This document shows positions 15,935-24,702 of a stretch of DNA of 39,374 bases, piece after piece (the stretch's first letter is position 1; each line of letters starts with the position of its first letter). Made by a program: the position numbers and the translations under genes. Origin of the DNA: a virus. The notes beneath the pieces were generated by a model, which was not told the DNA's origin, made no database searches, and saw only the letters and a program-made list of their open reading frames with translations. The stretch is from positions 1-39,374 of the IMG/VR virus record IMGVR_UViG_3300005515_000023, one strand, 5' to 3'.

Positions 15935-16563
15935 TGGCGACAGGCATCGCGATCTATAACGACTCCGGCACGGTCCAGATCGACGAGAACTACAGGAACG
16001 TCTGCCTCGTCAGCAAGATCCCGGTCAGCCTGAGCGGCGGCGGCATCCAGTATCACGACGTTACGGTGGCAGGCGCCCGCGTCCTCATGTGCATGGAGAG
16101 TGCGAATTATTCGCCCTTCCTGTTCAACACCGCATTCGACGGGACCTATTGGACCTACCGCTGGGGCTTCAACTACCTCGGAGGCGGATTTCCCTCGTCT
16201 GACACTGCTTATGCATGGGTGTTCGACTACCTCACGTCTCCACCTTCGGACACGTTCGGACTGAAGGTGTGGAATGCCTCGGGGGAGATGGTTTTTCACT
16301 CTTCCTCGAAGCCGCTCAAGATCGTCAGCGTACAGTCTCACCCCACAGGGTTCACTGGAACAAGCGGCCGCAAATATCTGCCGCTGATCATGCTGAACAG
16401 CTACTTCGTCGTCACCTCGATCCCGAGCAATTTCAGCCTGACTTACGGGCTCAGAACTGTCGGCAGTTCGATCGTGCCGAACAGCTTCGTCATCGGGACT
16501 GGTGCGCTGACTGTCGTAGCAACTGACGGCCTCTTCGCCGCGGTGGACGTCACCTACTACTGA
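15934..16563 (+). CDS. Tail-associated protein with two copies of the G-L/I-x-V/I-W/Y-N/D-x-SG motif
   Basis: GIAIYNDSGTVQID at the N-terminus and GLKVWNASGEMVFH internally. TGATG-coupled. Confidence 0.55.
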   Translation: MATGIAIYNDSGTVQIDENYRNVCLVSKIPVSLSGGGIQYHDVTVAGARVLMCMESANYSPFLFNTAFDGTYWTYRWGFNYLGGGFPSSDTAYAWVFDYLTSPPSDTFGLKVWNASGEMVFHSSSKPLKIVSVQSHPTGFTGTSGRKYLPLIMLNSYFVVTSIPSNFSLTYGLRTVGSSIVPNSFVIGTGALTVVATDGLFAAVDVTYY

Positions 16564-16579
16564 TCACAAGGACATCGCC

Positions 16580-17335
16580 ATGGGTCTTTTCTCCGGCAAA
16601 TCTGCGCGGAACACTGGCATTTGGGCCTACAACACGGCTCAGGACGCCAAGAATGAAGGCCAGTCGCAGATCGACCAGGCGCAGAGCAATTCGCTCAACT
16701 CGCTGGGGCAGGGCTATACCCAGGCGCGTGACGACGCGACGACCTACTACAATCAGGGCTCCAGCCGGCTGGACACCTATGCCAACAACGGTGAGAAGGC
16801 GAACAACGCCTACACCGATAGTCTCGGCCTCAATGGTCAGGACGGATACGACAACACGGTTGCGACCTATCGAGAGTCACCGGGGTATCAGTATCAGGTC
16901 GATCAAGCTCTGGATCAGACCGCTCGCAAGGCATCAGCGACGGGTGCGCTCGGTTCCGGCAACACTCTTCAGGCGCTCAGCGACCGCGCGCAGAACATGG
17001 CCGACGCCGACTATTCGGAGTGGCAGAACCAGCTCAAGGGGCTGTCCGACAGCGGCCAGGCCGCGGCCACGCAGCAGGGCAGTTGGGATACCCAGCTGGG
17101 CAACACGCTCGCGAGCCTCAGCCAGTCGCAGGGACGCGATGAATCGCAGGTCTACCAGAACTATTCGGGCCAGTCGCAGAACAACCTCTGGAACGCGACG
17201 AATACCGGTATCAATGCGGTGACGAATGCCAGCAAGCAGGCGCAAGGAAATGTAGCGAGCGGCTACAACTTTGGCGTCAACGCCGGCGGCAGCTTGATTA
17301 ACGCACTCGGGCTCTATAACAGCTGGGGCAAGTAG
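16580..17335 (+). CDS. Ejection / internal virion protein (P22 gp7 position)
   Basis: Q/N/S/G-rich. SPGYQYQVDQALDQTARKASATGALGSGNTLQALSDRAQNMADADY matches a motif common in podophage internal proteins as I recall. Confidence 0.5.
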   Translation: MGLFSGKSARNTGIWAYNTAQDAKNEGQSQIDQAQSNSLNSLGQGYTQARDDATTYYNQGSSRLDTYANNGEKANNAYTDSLGLNGQDGYDNTVATYRESPGYQYQVDQALDQTARKASATGALGSGNTLQALSDRAQNMADADYSEWQNQLKGLSDSGQAAATQQGSWDTQLGNTLASLSQSQGRDESQVYQNYSGQSQNNLWNATNTGINAVTNASKQAQGNVASGYNFGVNAGGSLINALGLYNSWGK

Positions 17336-17337
17336 TC

Positions 17338-19302
17338 ATGACCTATTATGACTTCTCCGGCGCGTTCCAAAATCTGAACAGCGCGATCGGTGGCCTGCGC
17401 AAGCAGTTTGATGACGACCGGAGGCGGCAATCGCTGGCCGATCTCGGCAAGGACATTGGCGCCGGAAACTACGACGCCGCTGCGCAGCGGGCGTTTGCCC
17501 TTGGCGATGCCGATGCGGGGATCAAAATCGCCACCCTCGGCAAGACCGCCCGGCAAGAAGCCGACTGGATGACGAACAACGGGGGTCTTCTGGGGCTAGG
17601 AAACCCTCAACCCGTCGCCCCGGCTCAGCCGTCTGCGTCGAGCACTGCGACCTCCCAAGGGGAGACGTCATTTGGTGACCGGTCACTCCCACGCGGAATC
17701 CGGAACAACAACCCTGGGAACATCGAGGCGGGCAATTTCACGGCCGGGCTGCCTGGTTTCAAAGGGTCTGATGGCCGATTTGCGCAGTTCGAGACCCCTG
17801 AGCAAGGCATCGTAGCAGCCGACCGCTTGCTTCAGTCTTACGCCGGCCGCGGCCTCAATACTGTTGCGGGCATCGTCAACCGGTGGGCGCCTCCGAGCGA
17901 GAACAACACTGGTGCGTATGTCGCGTCGGTAGCGAAAGAGCTTGGGGTAGACCCGAGTCAGCCGCTGGATATGACCAACCCGCAAGTGCGCCAGCGTCTC
18001 ATCGCGGCCAAGATCCGCGTTGAGAACGGACGCCAGCCTTACGGGGATGACGTATTCGCGAGGGCCTACGGCGGTGGTGGCGCCCCGCAGGTGGCTGCGC
18101 CGATCGTGCCTGTGCAGACTGCGGCGCTGGGCGCTCCAAGTCAGCCTGTCGCTCCGATCTCCGGCGACGACCCTGTTAAGCTCCGCCAAGACGCGGAGCG
18201 CTATGCGCAGAGCAATCCCGAGGCTGCGCGCCAACTGCTGGCTCGGGCGGATGCGGCTGAACGCGGCTCGGGCACTCAGATGGCGCAGGCAGCTCCCCAG
18301 GCTGGGACGCCGATGGCCGATCTGCCGGCACAGGGAGCCGCGCCAGCGCAAGGCTTCGCTATCCCCGGCGGTCAGCAGGTCGAATCCTCGATTGCGAACG
18401 ATCCTCGCGTGATGAACCTTCAGCGTGCGCTTGCTGGCGCGCCAGATCGCTTCAAGCCTTCAATCCAGTCTCGGCTCAACATCCTCGTTGAGGAGCTGAA
18501 GGCGCAGCGGCAGCAGCAGAGCCCCACTGACGTCCAGAAGAACTACGCAGCGGCGCGCCAGCAGGGCTACACCGGTTCGCTGTTCGACTATCAGCAAGCT
18601 CTTCGCCAGCAGAACAACGTCAATATCGACCAGAAGGGCGAAGGAGAATACGCCAAGACGGTCGGGAAGGGCCTTGGCGAGCGCATGGACGCCATTTCGA
18701 AAGAGGGTGACAGCGCGAGGCAGGATATGGCGATCATCGGCCAGATCAGGCAGCTGGGAGGCCAGATCCAGAACCTCGGGGCCGGCGCCGCTCTCCAGGC
18801 CCGTCTTGCTGATTGGGGCATCAAGGTCGGGCCGAACGTCAGCGAGATCGAGGCGTTCAACGCTCTGGTCGATAAGCTCACGCCGCAGCAGCGCGTACCG
18901 GGCACGGGCGCTTCTTCGGATCTCGATGTCCGCATGTTCAAGAGCGCATTGCCGAGCCTCATCAGGACGCCCGGCGGCAATGAACTGATCCTATCGACCT
19001 TGGAAGCAGTCGCGAATGACAAGGCGGCGCGCGCCGCTATTGCTGATCGTGCCCTGACCGGCGAACTGAAGCCGCAGGAGGCGATTAAGGAGCTGCGGGC
19101 GCTACCCGATCCTATGGCCGCTCTGAAGGAGTCGCGGAAAGACGGCTTCAAAAGCCTTCCGCAGCTTCAGCAGGAACGCCGCCCGCCGGAGCCGCCTCGT
19201 CCACCTGAGGCGCCGTCGATCCCCGGAGCACGCCAAGCGCCGGATGGACGGTTCTACGTCCCCGATCCGAACCGCCCCGGCAAATACCTTCAGGTGCAAT
19301 GA
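17338..19302 (+). CDS. Ejection / internal virion protein with putative muralytic domain
   Basis: RGIRNNNPGNIEAG...GRFAQFETPEQGIVAADRLLQSY...IVNRWAPPSENNTGAYV is the conserved NNNPGNI virion-protein domain. The remainder is long and A/Q-rich. Confidence 0.6.
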   Translation: MTYYDFSGAFQNLNSAIGGLRKQFDDDRRRQSLADLGKDIGAGNYDAAAQRAFALGDADAGIKIATLGKTARQEADWMTNNGGLLGLGNPQPVAPAQPSASSTATSQGETSFGDRSLPRGIRNNNPGNIEAGNFTAGLPGFKGSDGRFAQFETPEQGIVAADRLLQSYAGRGLNTVAGIVNRWAPPSENNTGAYVASVAKELGVDPSQPLDMTNPQVRQRLIAAKIRVENGRQPYGDDVFARAYGGGGAPQVAAPIVPVQTAALGAPSQPVAPISGDDPVKLRQDAERYAQSNPEAARQLLARADAAERGSGTQMAQAAPQAGTPMADLPAQGAAPAQGFAIPGGQQVESSIANDPRVMNLQRALAGAPDRFKPSIQSRLNILVEELKAQRQQQSPTDVQKNYAAARQQGYTGSLFDYQQALRQQNNVNIDQKGEGEYAKTVGKGLGERMDAISKEGDSARQDMAIIGQIRQLGGQIQNLGAGAALQARLADWGIKVGPNVSEIEAFNALVDKLTPQQRVPGTGASSDLDVRMFKSALPSLIRTPGGNELILSTLEAVANDKAARAAIADRALTGELKPQEAIKELRALPDPMAALKESRKDGFKSLPQLQQERRPPEPPRPPEAPSIPGARQAPDGRFYVPDPNRPGKYLQVQ

Positions 19303-21395
19303 TGGCCGAGCCCCAGCTTGTCCCGGTTGATTTCGATCCCTTCGCCGGGGCGCAGCAGGATACCGGCAGCGGGCCTTTGGTCGTCACGGCCGCGCCAAAC
19401 CGGAGGCAGACCGAGCCTAAGCTTGTGCCAGTCGACCACGACCCATTTGCGCAGGCTCCCTCAGTCGCGGAGGATGTGGCGAAGTCGGCGGGTGCTGGCG
19501 TCGCTCGTGGTGCGATCGGGCTGCTCGGGCTTCCGGGGACGGTAGCGCAGGGGCTGCGTTGGGGAGCGGACGCGCTTGCCGACCAGACCGTAGGTCGTGC
19601 GGTCAATTACGCCAAGACAGGTAGCTGGGACGCCCCGTCTCCACCCTCATCAACGGAGGCCGCCAGGCAGAACACTGTATTCAATCTGCCGACGCCGGAT
19701 CAGGTCATCTCTGGCGAAAAGCTGGTTGATGCGGCCGCGACCGTGGTTCCGGGAATCAAGTATCAGCCGCAGACCATCGCGGGAGAGTATGCTCGCACTG
19801 CCGGCGAATTCGCGCCCGGCGCGCTCATCCCTGGCTCTGCGGCGGCCCGTATCGTCGGCGGCGTAGCTGCACCCGCTATCCTGTCTGAAACTGCCGGGCA
19901 GCTGACAAAGGGAACCGGCTTAGAAGCTCCAGCCCGCGTAGCAGGCGCGCTCGCTGGTGGCCTAGGCGCCGCTATGCTGACGCGGCCTGGCAATGCAAAT
20001 GCCGCTGCTGCCGCTCACATGACAAATGTCGCGGATGCGGACGTTCTGGCCGCCGGTCGGCTGATGGAAGAGGCTGCGTCCCGAGGCGTGCCGTTGACGT
20101 GGCCTGAGGCCATTGCGCAGACCACCGGTAACAGTGCCAGCCTGACTAGCCTTCAGCGCGTCGTTGAAGGCTCCGAGAAGGGCGGGGAGGTAATGCGCGG
20201 CTTCATGAGCCAGCGCCCGGCGCAAATGCAAGCGGCTGGGCGGGCTGCAATGGAGGATCTTGCGCCACCTGTCATCCAGCCTTCGACTGTCGGGCCGCAA
20301 GCCGGCCGGGCTGCCCAGGGAGTGATCGACGACGGTGAGAGGGCTATCAACCGCGCAACGCGCCCTCTCTATGCTCAGGCTGAAGTCCAGAGGCTAGACC
20401 CCGCGGACTTCGCCCGCATCAGCCAGATTCCGGCATTCAAACAGGAATTGGCCGCACTTCGCGCCGATCCGATTATGGGACCGCAATTCGCTCAATTCGG
20501 CGACGACAGCGTTGCTGTGATCGACGCCATTCAAAAGCGGGTACGGGATCTCGGAGACGCAGCAAAGACCGGCGGAGAGAAGTTCAAGGCATCCGTGATC
20601 GGCGGCCAGCGTAGCGATATCATCAACGCTGCGGACGCTGCTGCCCCGTCATATGCCGCTGCTCGTCAGCAGCAGGCGACACTACGCGAGCGCTATCTTC
20701 AGCCGATCATCGACGGCCCGCTCGGCAAGATTGCCGCGAAAGATACGACGACCGAGACGGCCATCAATGCGCTGTTCCCGCGGAAACCGCTGCCTGGCGC
20801 CGCTGGCGAGGTCGCGGATGCGGTAGGAGCGCTTGCTCGAAAGAGCCCCGCGGTTGCCGAGCGTCTGGTTCGCGCACATGCAGAGAGCGTATTTGATGAC
20901 GCCACGCGCGCTCTGACCGGAGGCGCCAATGAGTTTGGTGCAGCGAAGTTCAGCGCAGCCTTAACCGGGAATGCCGAGCAAGCCGCTTCTCTGGAGGCCG
21001 CTGTGCGTGCTCTCCCGAACGGTGACGTGCGCTGGCAGGGCTTCAGGAAGTTCCTCGACGTAGCGGAGGCGACGGGGCAGCGCCAGCGCATCGGTTCCAT
21101 GACGGCCTTCAACAAGGAGATTCAAGACAGCCTTTCGAAGGGCGGTTTGCTGTCGGATGCTGTCCCAGTCATCAAATCTGGCGCTACCGTGCTGCCGACG
21201 ATGATCCGCGAGCGCTATGCGCAGTATCAGCTCGGCAAGAACACGCAGGAACTTGCTCGGCTGATCACCGATCCGGCCGCGCTTCCAGTGTTCCGTCAGC
21301 TCGCGAAAGAGGCGGCAGGCGGTGCGAAGGCGCAGGCGGCAACACTTCGTCTTCTGGCGCTCGCGCAACAGGGGCGGGCTGCCTCCGAACGGTGA
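19299..21395 (+). CDS. Ejection / internal virion protein (P22 gp16 position)
   Basis: ATGA overlap. Tandem N-terminal motif PQLVPVDFDPFAGA / PKLVPVDHDPFAQA. 698 aa, A/G-rich. Confidence 0.6.
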   Translation: MMAEPQLVPVDFDPFAGAQQDTGSGPLVVTAAPNRRQTEPKLVPVDHDPFAQAPSVAEDVAKSAGAGVARGAIGLLGLPGTVAQGLRWGADALADQTVGRAVNYAKTGSWDAPSPPSSTEAARQNTVFNLPTPDQVISGEKLVDAAATVVPGIKYQPQTIAGEYARTAGEFAPGALIPGSAAARIVGGVAAPAILSETAGQLTKGTGLEAPARVAGALAGGLGAAMLTRPGNANAAAAAHMTNVADADVLAAGRLMEEAASRGVPLTWPEAIAQTTGNSASLTSLQRVVEGSEKGGEVMRGFMSQRPAQMQAAGRAAMEDLAPPVIQPSTVGPQAGRAAQGVIDDGERAINRATRPLYAQAEVQRLDPADFARISQIPAFKQELAALRADPIMGPQFAQFGDDSVAVIDAIQKRVRDLGDAAKTGGEKFKASVIGGQRSDIINAADAAAPSYAAARQQQATLRERYLQPIIDGPLGKIAAKDTTTETAINALFPRKPLPGAAGEVADAVGALARKSPAVAERLVRAHAESVFDDATRALTGGANEFGAAKFSAALTGNAEQAASLEAAVRALPNGDVRWQGFRKFLDVAEATGQRQRIGSMTAFNKEIQDSLSKGGLLSDAVPVIKSGATVLPTMIRERYAQYQLGKNTQELARLITDPAALPVFRQLAKEAAGGAKAQAATLRLLALAQQGRAASER

Positions 21396-21564
21396 GCCAA
21401 TCCCACAGGCGAGTGAGGCAGGCGGTCAGGAAGGCGCAGAGGCATATGGAGATGAATAGCTGGATGCTCAGTTCGCCGGCCGTCATCTCCGGGTGCCGCT
21501 GCAAAACGGCCCAGGTGAACCACCCGATGAACAGCGTCTGAGCGATGTACCAGAGGTATCTCAT
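21265..21564 (-). CDS. Small membrane protein (2 TM), second gene of the antisense moron
   Basis: Start MRYLWYIAQTLFIGWFTWAVL at 21564, ATGA-coupled to the upstream 76-aa ORF. Its non-hydrophobic tail overlaps the 3-prime end of the + strand gene 19299..21395 by 131 nt. Confidence 0.45.
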   Translation of the reverse strand: MRYLWYIAQTLFIGWFTWAVLQRHPEMTAGELSIQLFISICLCAFLTACLTRLWDWLTVRRQPAPVARAPEDEVLPPAPSHRLPPLSRADGTLEARPDR

Positions 21565-21791
21565 CGCCCATTTCGCCAGTTGCTGATCATGGTAGCGATG
21601 TAGTCGATCCGGTTCGACATTTCGCGTTGGGTGGCCTCGGTGGAATATGCTTGTTGCCCTGAGAACAGTTGGTAGTGCGCCCTGACAATGTCTCGAATCT
21701 GCACAATGAATTCCAGAACAAAATAGAGCAAGACAACGGTCAGAGCCATTAGGACAACCAGCGCCGTCAAAAGCCACTCCGTCAGCGTCAT
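21561..21791 (-). CDS. Small membrane protein (1 N-terminal TM), first gene of the antisense moron
   Basis: MTLTEWLLTALVVLMALTVVLLYFVL then a polar C-terminus. Local GC is visibly lower than in the flanking late genes. Orientation is opposite to the late operon. Confidence 0.6.
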   Translation of the reverse strand: MTLTEWLLTALVVLMALTVVLLYFVLEFIVQIRDIVRAHYQLFSGQQAYSTEATQREMSNRIDYIATMISNWRNGR

Positions 21792-21884
21792 ATCGCCGCC
21801 CCATCCCGCCTAGGTTGAACATTCTGCCGTGACCTCGATCCCGAGTCCACGGCTAGATCAGCCAAGATCTCGGACATTTCGTGC

Positions 21885-21911
21885 AAGCCGCTCCTTCCGG
21901 GGCGGCTTTTT
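21885..21911 (+). terminator. Intrinsic terminator immediately upstream of the tail-fibre module
   Basis: AAGCCGC-tccttccgg-GCGGCTT followed by TTTTTCT. GGAG and ATG 21928 follow. Confidence 0.65.
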
Positions 21912-21927
21912 CTATTGGAGACCGCCA

Positions 21928-22254
21928 ATGTCAGGCGCCGGAGCGCTCGATGTCTCGTCGTCGATGACGAATGCAGAGAGCCTTTTGTTCACCCTCAAGA
22001 TAATCGATGACGTGGCCCCGAGTGCCTACGAGTGGGTTTATGACCTGGCGGGCTGCCAGACACTGCACCTCACGGAGGGTGACGGCATCACCGTCAATGA
22101 CGGCATTGCCACCGTCATCATTGACCCCGGCGCCGATTATCGGCTGGCCCCAGGCACCTACAAGCACGGCTGCATCATCACCGACAAAGTGACCGGGCGC
22201 GTGCAGCAGGTCTTCGACGGCGAAATCACCGTGACGTGGAGCCCGAACGCATGA
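21928..22254 (+). CDS. Hypothetical tail-module protein
   Basis: Start MSGAGALD (GGAG 8 nt upstream), not the track start 21829, which runs through the terminator hairpin. Beta-rich, 108 aa. Confidence 0.55.
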   Translation: MSGAGALDVSSSMTNAESLLFTLKIIDDVAPSAYEWVYDLAGCQTLHLTEGDGITVNDGIATVIIDPGADYRLAPGTYKHGCIITDKVTGRVQQVFDGEITVTWSPNA

Positions 22255-23627
22255 ACATCAACGTTCGGCTGCGCAGCCCTTCTCCGATCAAACTCCGCTT
22301 CCAGCCAGGCGCTACCGGGCCGTCTGGAACGGTCACGGTCAACCCGACGACGATCACCGGGGCGCCGGGGTCGAACGCATCCGTCGCGAACACTGGCACG
22401 CCTGAAGCAGCTGTTCTCCAGTTCACCATTCCCCGCGGCGATGTCGGTCAGCCTAACTCACTCGCGATTGGCACGGTGACGACTGGTGCGGCCGGCTCCA
22501 GCGCTTCAGCTTTGATCACAGGGACGCCTCCCAGCCAGACGCTAGACCTGACGATTCCTCGCGGGGATCAAGGCATCCCTGGCTCCGTCACCAACGGCGA
22601 CAAGGGCGACATCACCGTCACCGGCACTGGTGACACTTGGACGATCGATAACAGCGCTGTCACTACAGCCAAAATCGCCGCAGCAGCCATCACGATCCCC
22701 AAGCTCGGAGCCGACGTGCTGGCGCTGTTCCCGCTGGCGACCGGCCGGCTGACACTGGTCAGCGGCACGGCTTTCACGTCGGCTGACACTGTCGGGGCGA
22801 CGAACGTCTACTACACCCCGGCAGAAGGTGACGTGATCTCGATCTATGACGGCACGAACTTCGTCCCTCAGGTCTTCACCGAACTGACGCTCGCGCTCAG
22901 CTCGAACTCGGGTCACACCGGCTACCACCAGTCCGGCAAAAACTTCGACCTGTTCGCCGTGCTCGACAGCGGCACGCTGCGACTGGCGACCGGCCCGGCA
23001 TGGACTTCGGACACCGGGCGTGGAACCGGCGCTGGCACGACTGAACTGGAAATGCTCAAGGGCCAGCCGGTCAACAAGAACGCCATAACAATGCGGTTCG
23101 GATCGGCGTCCGGGAACACGATCTCCGCGGCGGCGCGGGCCGGGCGCTATCTCGGAACGCTCCGCACCACGGCAGATGGGGTCACCGAAGACAGCGTCGC
23201 CAAACGCTTCCTTTGGAACGCGTTTAACCAAGTCGAGCTACACATGCGCCGGACCGACCCCGCTGGATCGTGGGCCTACACCAGCGGAACGCCCCGCTAT
23301 GCCAATGGCAACGCTCTCAACCGGTTGGAATTTGTCACCGGCCTGACTGGCGCGAAAGTCGATGCTTTTGCGGTTCAAGGCGCGACCACCACTACTACCG
23401 GCTCTGCCGGCGTCTATTTGGGCCTAGACAGCTCCTCGACCAACGCCGGGTCTGACGGGCTCATGAACCTGCTGCAACCAAATGCGAGCCTCACCCTCGT
23501 CTCGTATGGCCGCATCGACTACAGCGGATATCCTGGGGTCGGCTTCCACTTTCTGTCCCATATCGAAGTGGGTGCGGCTGGGTTCACGATGTACGAAGGC
23601 GGCATCTCCGGCAGGCTGATGGGATGA
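22251..23627 (+). CDS. Tail fibre / receptor-binding protein
   Basis: ATGA overlap. N-terminal repeats GxxGxxAS...L(Q/D)(F/L)TIPRGD(V/Q)G typical of phage tail-fibre repeat regions. Large beta-rich C-terminal domain. Confidence 0.75.
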   Translation: MNINVRLRSPSPIKLRFQPGATGPSGTVTVNPTTITGAPGSNASVANTGTPEAAVLQFTIPRGDVGQPNSLAIGTVTTGAAGSSASALITGTPPSQTLDLTIPRGDQGIPGSVTNGDKGDITVTGTGDTWTIDNSAVTTAKIAAAAITIPKLGADVLALFPLATGRLTLVSGTAFTSADTVGATNVYYTPAEGDVISIYDGTNFVPQVFTELTLALSSNSGHTGYHQSGKNFDLFAVLDSGTLRLATGPAWTSDTGRGTGAGTTELEMLKGQPVNKNAITMRFGSASGNTISAAARAGRYLGTLRTTADGVTEDSVAKRFLWNAFNQVELHMRRTDPAGSWAYTSGTPRYANGNALNRLEFVTGLTGAKVDAFAVQGATTTTTGSAGVYLGLDSSSTNAGSDGLMNLLQPNASLTLVSYGRIDYSGYPGVGFHFLSHIEVGAAGFTMYEGGISGRLMG

Positions 23628-24466
23628 CGCGTTCTCGTTCATGGTCTAGCGCCGGACCTGACCCGGTTGCGCTTACATCTTCCAGCCAGTCGCTCGGTCT
23701 AGCCTTTGCGAACACGACCGGCCGGACGCAGGTCTATCCCGGCACCGCGTCCGGTCAGCGACGGTTCGCCCCGCTCATGGTAGGCCAATCGCTGATGGCG
23801 AGCTTCGCTGATGTGCTGGCGACGAATTCCTATTCAAGCCAGATCGACATGCTCAACATCAACAACGGCGGGGTCTACACCGCTCAAGACCCGCTGCTTA
23901 GTGCTGGCTACGACCCGAACCGAGAAGCGCTCGGCTTGGCCAACGGCAACGTTGGCATCCCGATCGCAAACAAGGTCATTGCGGCGAACTACACCGACCG
24001 CGTGACGCTGGTGAATGTCGCGATCGGCGGGACGTCGGTCGCGAATTGGGCCACCGGGCCGCTCGCTGATCGTCTGCGCATTGCGTGGAACAGGATGAAG
24101 GCGATCAATCTTGTCCCGTCCTGCGTCATGTGGGAGCAGGGCCAGGCCGATGCCGCCGGAGCGACGAGCGGGTCAGATTATCAAGACCGGCTCACCGCGA
24201 TCATCACGAACTTTCGGGCGCTCGACCCTGCACTTGCTGCGGTGCCGTGGCTGATCGCGCAAAGCACTTTCCCTGCCACAGACCCTGGAAAGACTACGAT
24301 CCGAGCTGCGCAGGCGGCCGTCGTCAACGTGCCGAATCATATCCTGGCGGGTCCTGACACGGACACGTTGAATGGCACATATCGCCACGATGGCGTGCAC
24401 TGGAATTCATCCGGCTTGAACGCAGCATCTGACCTATGGGTCGCCAAGCTCGCAGCCCTGTTCTGA
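23624..24466 (+). CDS. SASA/SGNH-type carbohydrate O-acetylesterase (tail-associated, putative)
   Basis: Motif order VGQSLM (GQSNM-like Ser block), AIGGTS, WEQGQAD, HDGVHW (DxxH) matches the sialate-O-acetylesterase (SASA) family. ATGA-coupled to the tail-fibre gene. Confidence 0.65.
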   Translation: MTRSRSWSSAGPDPVALTSSSQSLGLAFANTTGRTQVYPGTASGQRRFAPLMVGQSLMASFADVLATNSYSSQIDMLNINNGGVYTAQDPLLSAGYDPNREALGLANGNVGIPIANKVIAANYTDRVTLVNVAIGGTSVANWATGPLADRLRIAWNRMKAINLVPSCVMWEQGQADAAGATSGSDYQDRLTAIITNFRALDPALAAVPWLIAQSTFPATDPGKTTIRAAQAAVVNVPNHILAGPDTDTLNGTYRHDGVHWNSSGLNAASDLWVAKLAALF

Positions 24467-24480
24467 TCCTCCGTCCCGAA

Positions 24481-24702
24481 TCAGATCGATACGGCTCCGA
24501 AGACTCTCAGGATGCCAAACATCAGGGCGGCAGCGCCGAAGGATTGCAGGACTACCCACGCGTAGCCGACGACCGCCAGAACGGTTGAGACGATTGCGAT
24601 GAAAATCGCCGGCAGGAACCGTCCGGTCGCCATCCAGACGCCTAGCAAGGTGCATGCGAAATTGACCGCCCTTGCTATCCAATGCCTCAGATCATCATCC
24701 AT
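24481..24702 (-). CDS. Small membrane protein (2 TM), antisense to the late operon
   Basis: 73 aa, FACTLLGVWMA...LPAIFIAIVSTVLAVVGYAWVVL...AALMFGIL. Lies between the esterase and endolysin genes on the opposite strand. Confidence 0.55.
   Translation of the reverse strand: MDDDLRHWIARAVNFACTLLGVWMATGRFLPAIFIAIVSTVLAVVGYAWVVLQSFGAAALMFGILRVFGAVSI

Noticed and set aside
21265-21822. 185-aa minus-strand ORF read as one gene
   Set aside because: Its first 86 codons overlap the better 76-aa TM ORF in another frame and look like junk. The hydrophobic part begins at an internal ATG (21564) that is ATGA-coupled to the 76-aa ORF stop.
22420-22580. Two RGD tripeptides in the tail fibre as integrin-binding motifs
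   Set aside because: They are part of the repeated TIPRGD(V/Q)G tail-fibre repeat unit. There is no reason to infer eukaryotic cell binding.
22251-23627. Diversity-generating retroelement targeting the tail fibre, considered because the coat resembles BPP-1-type phages
   Set aside because: No reverse transcriptase ORF occurs anywhere in the window, and I could not see a template/variable repeat pair near the 3-prime end of the fibre gene.
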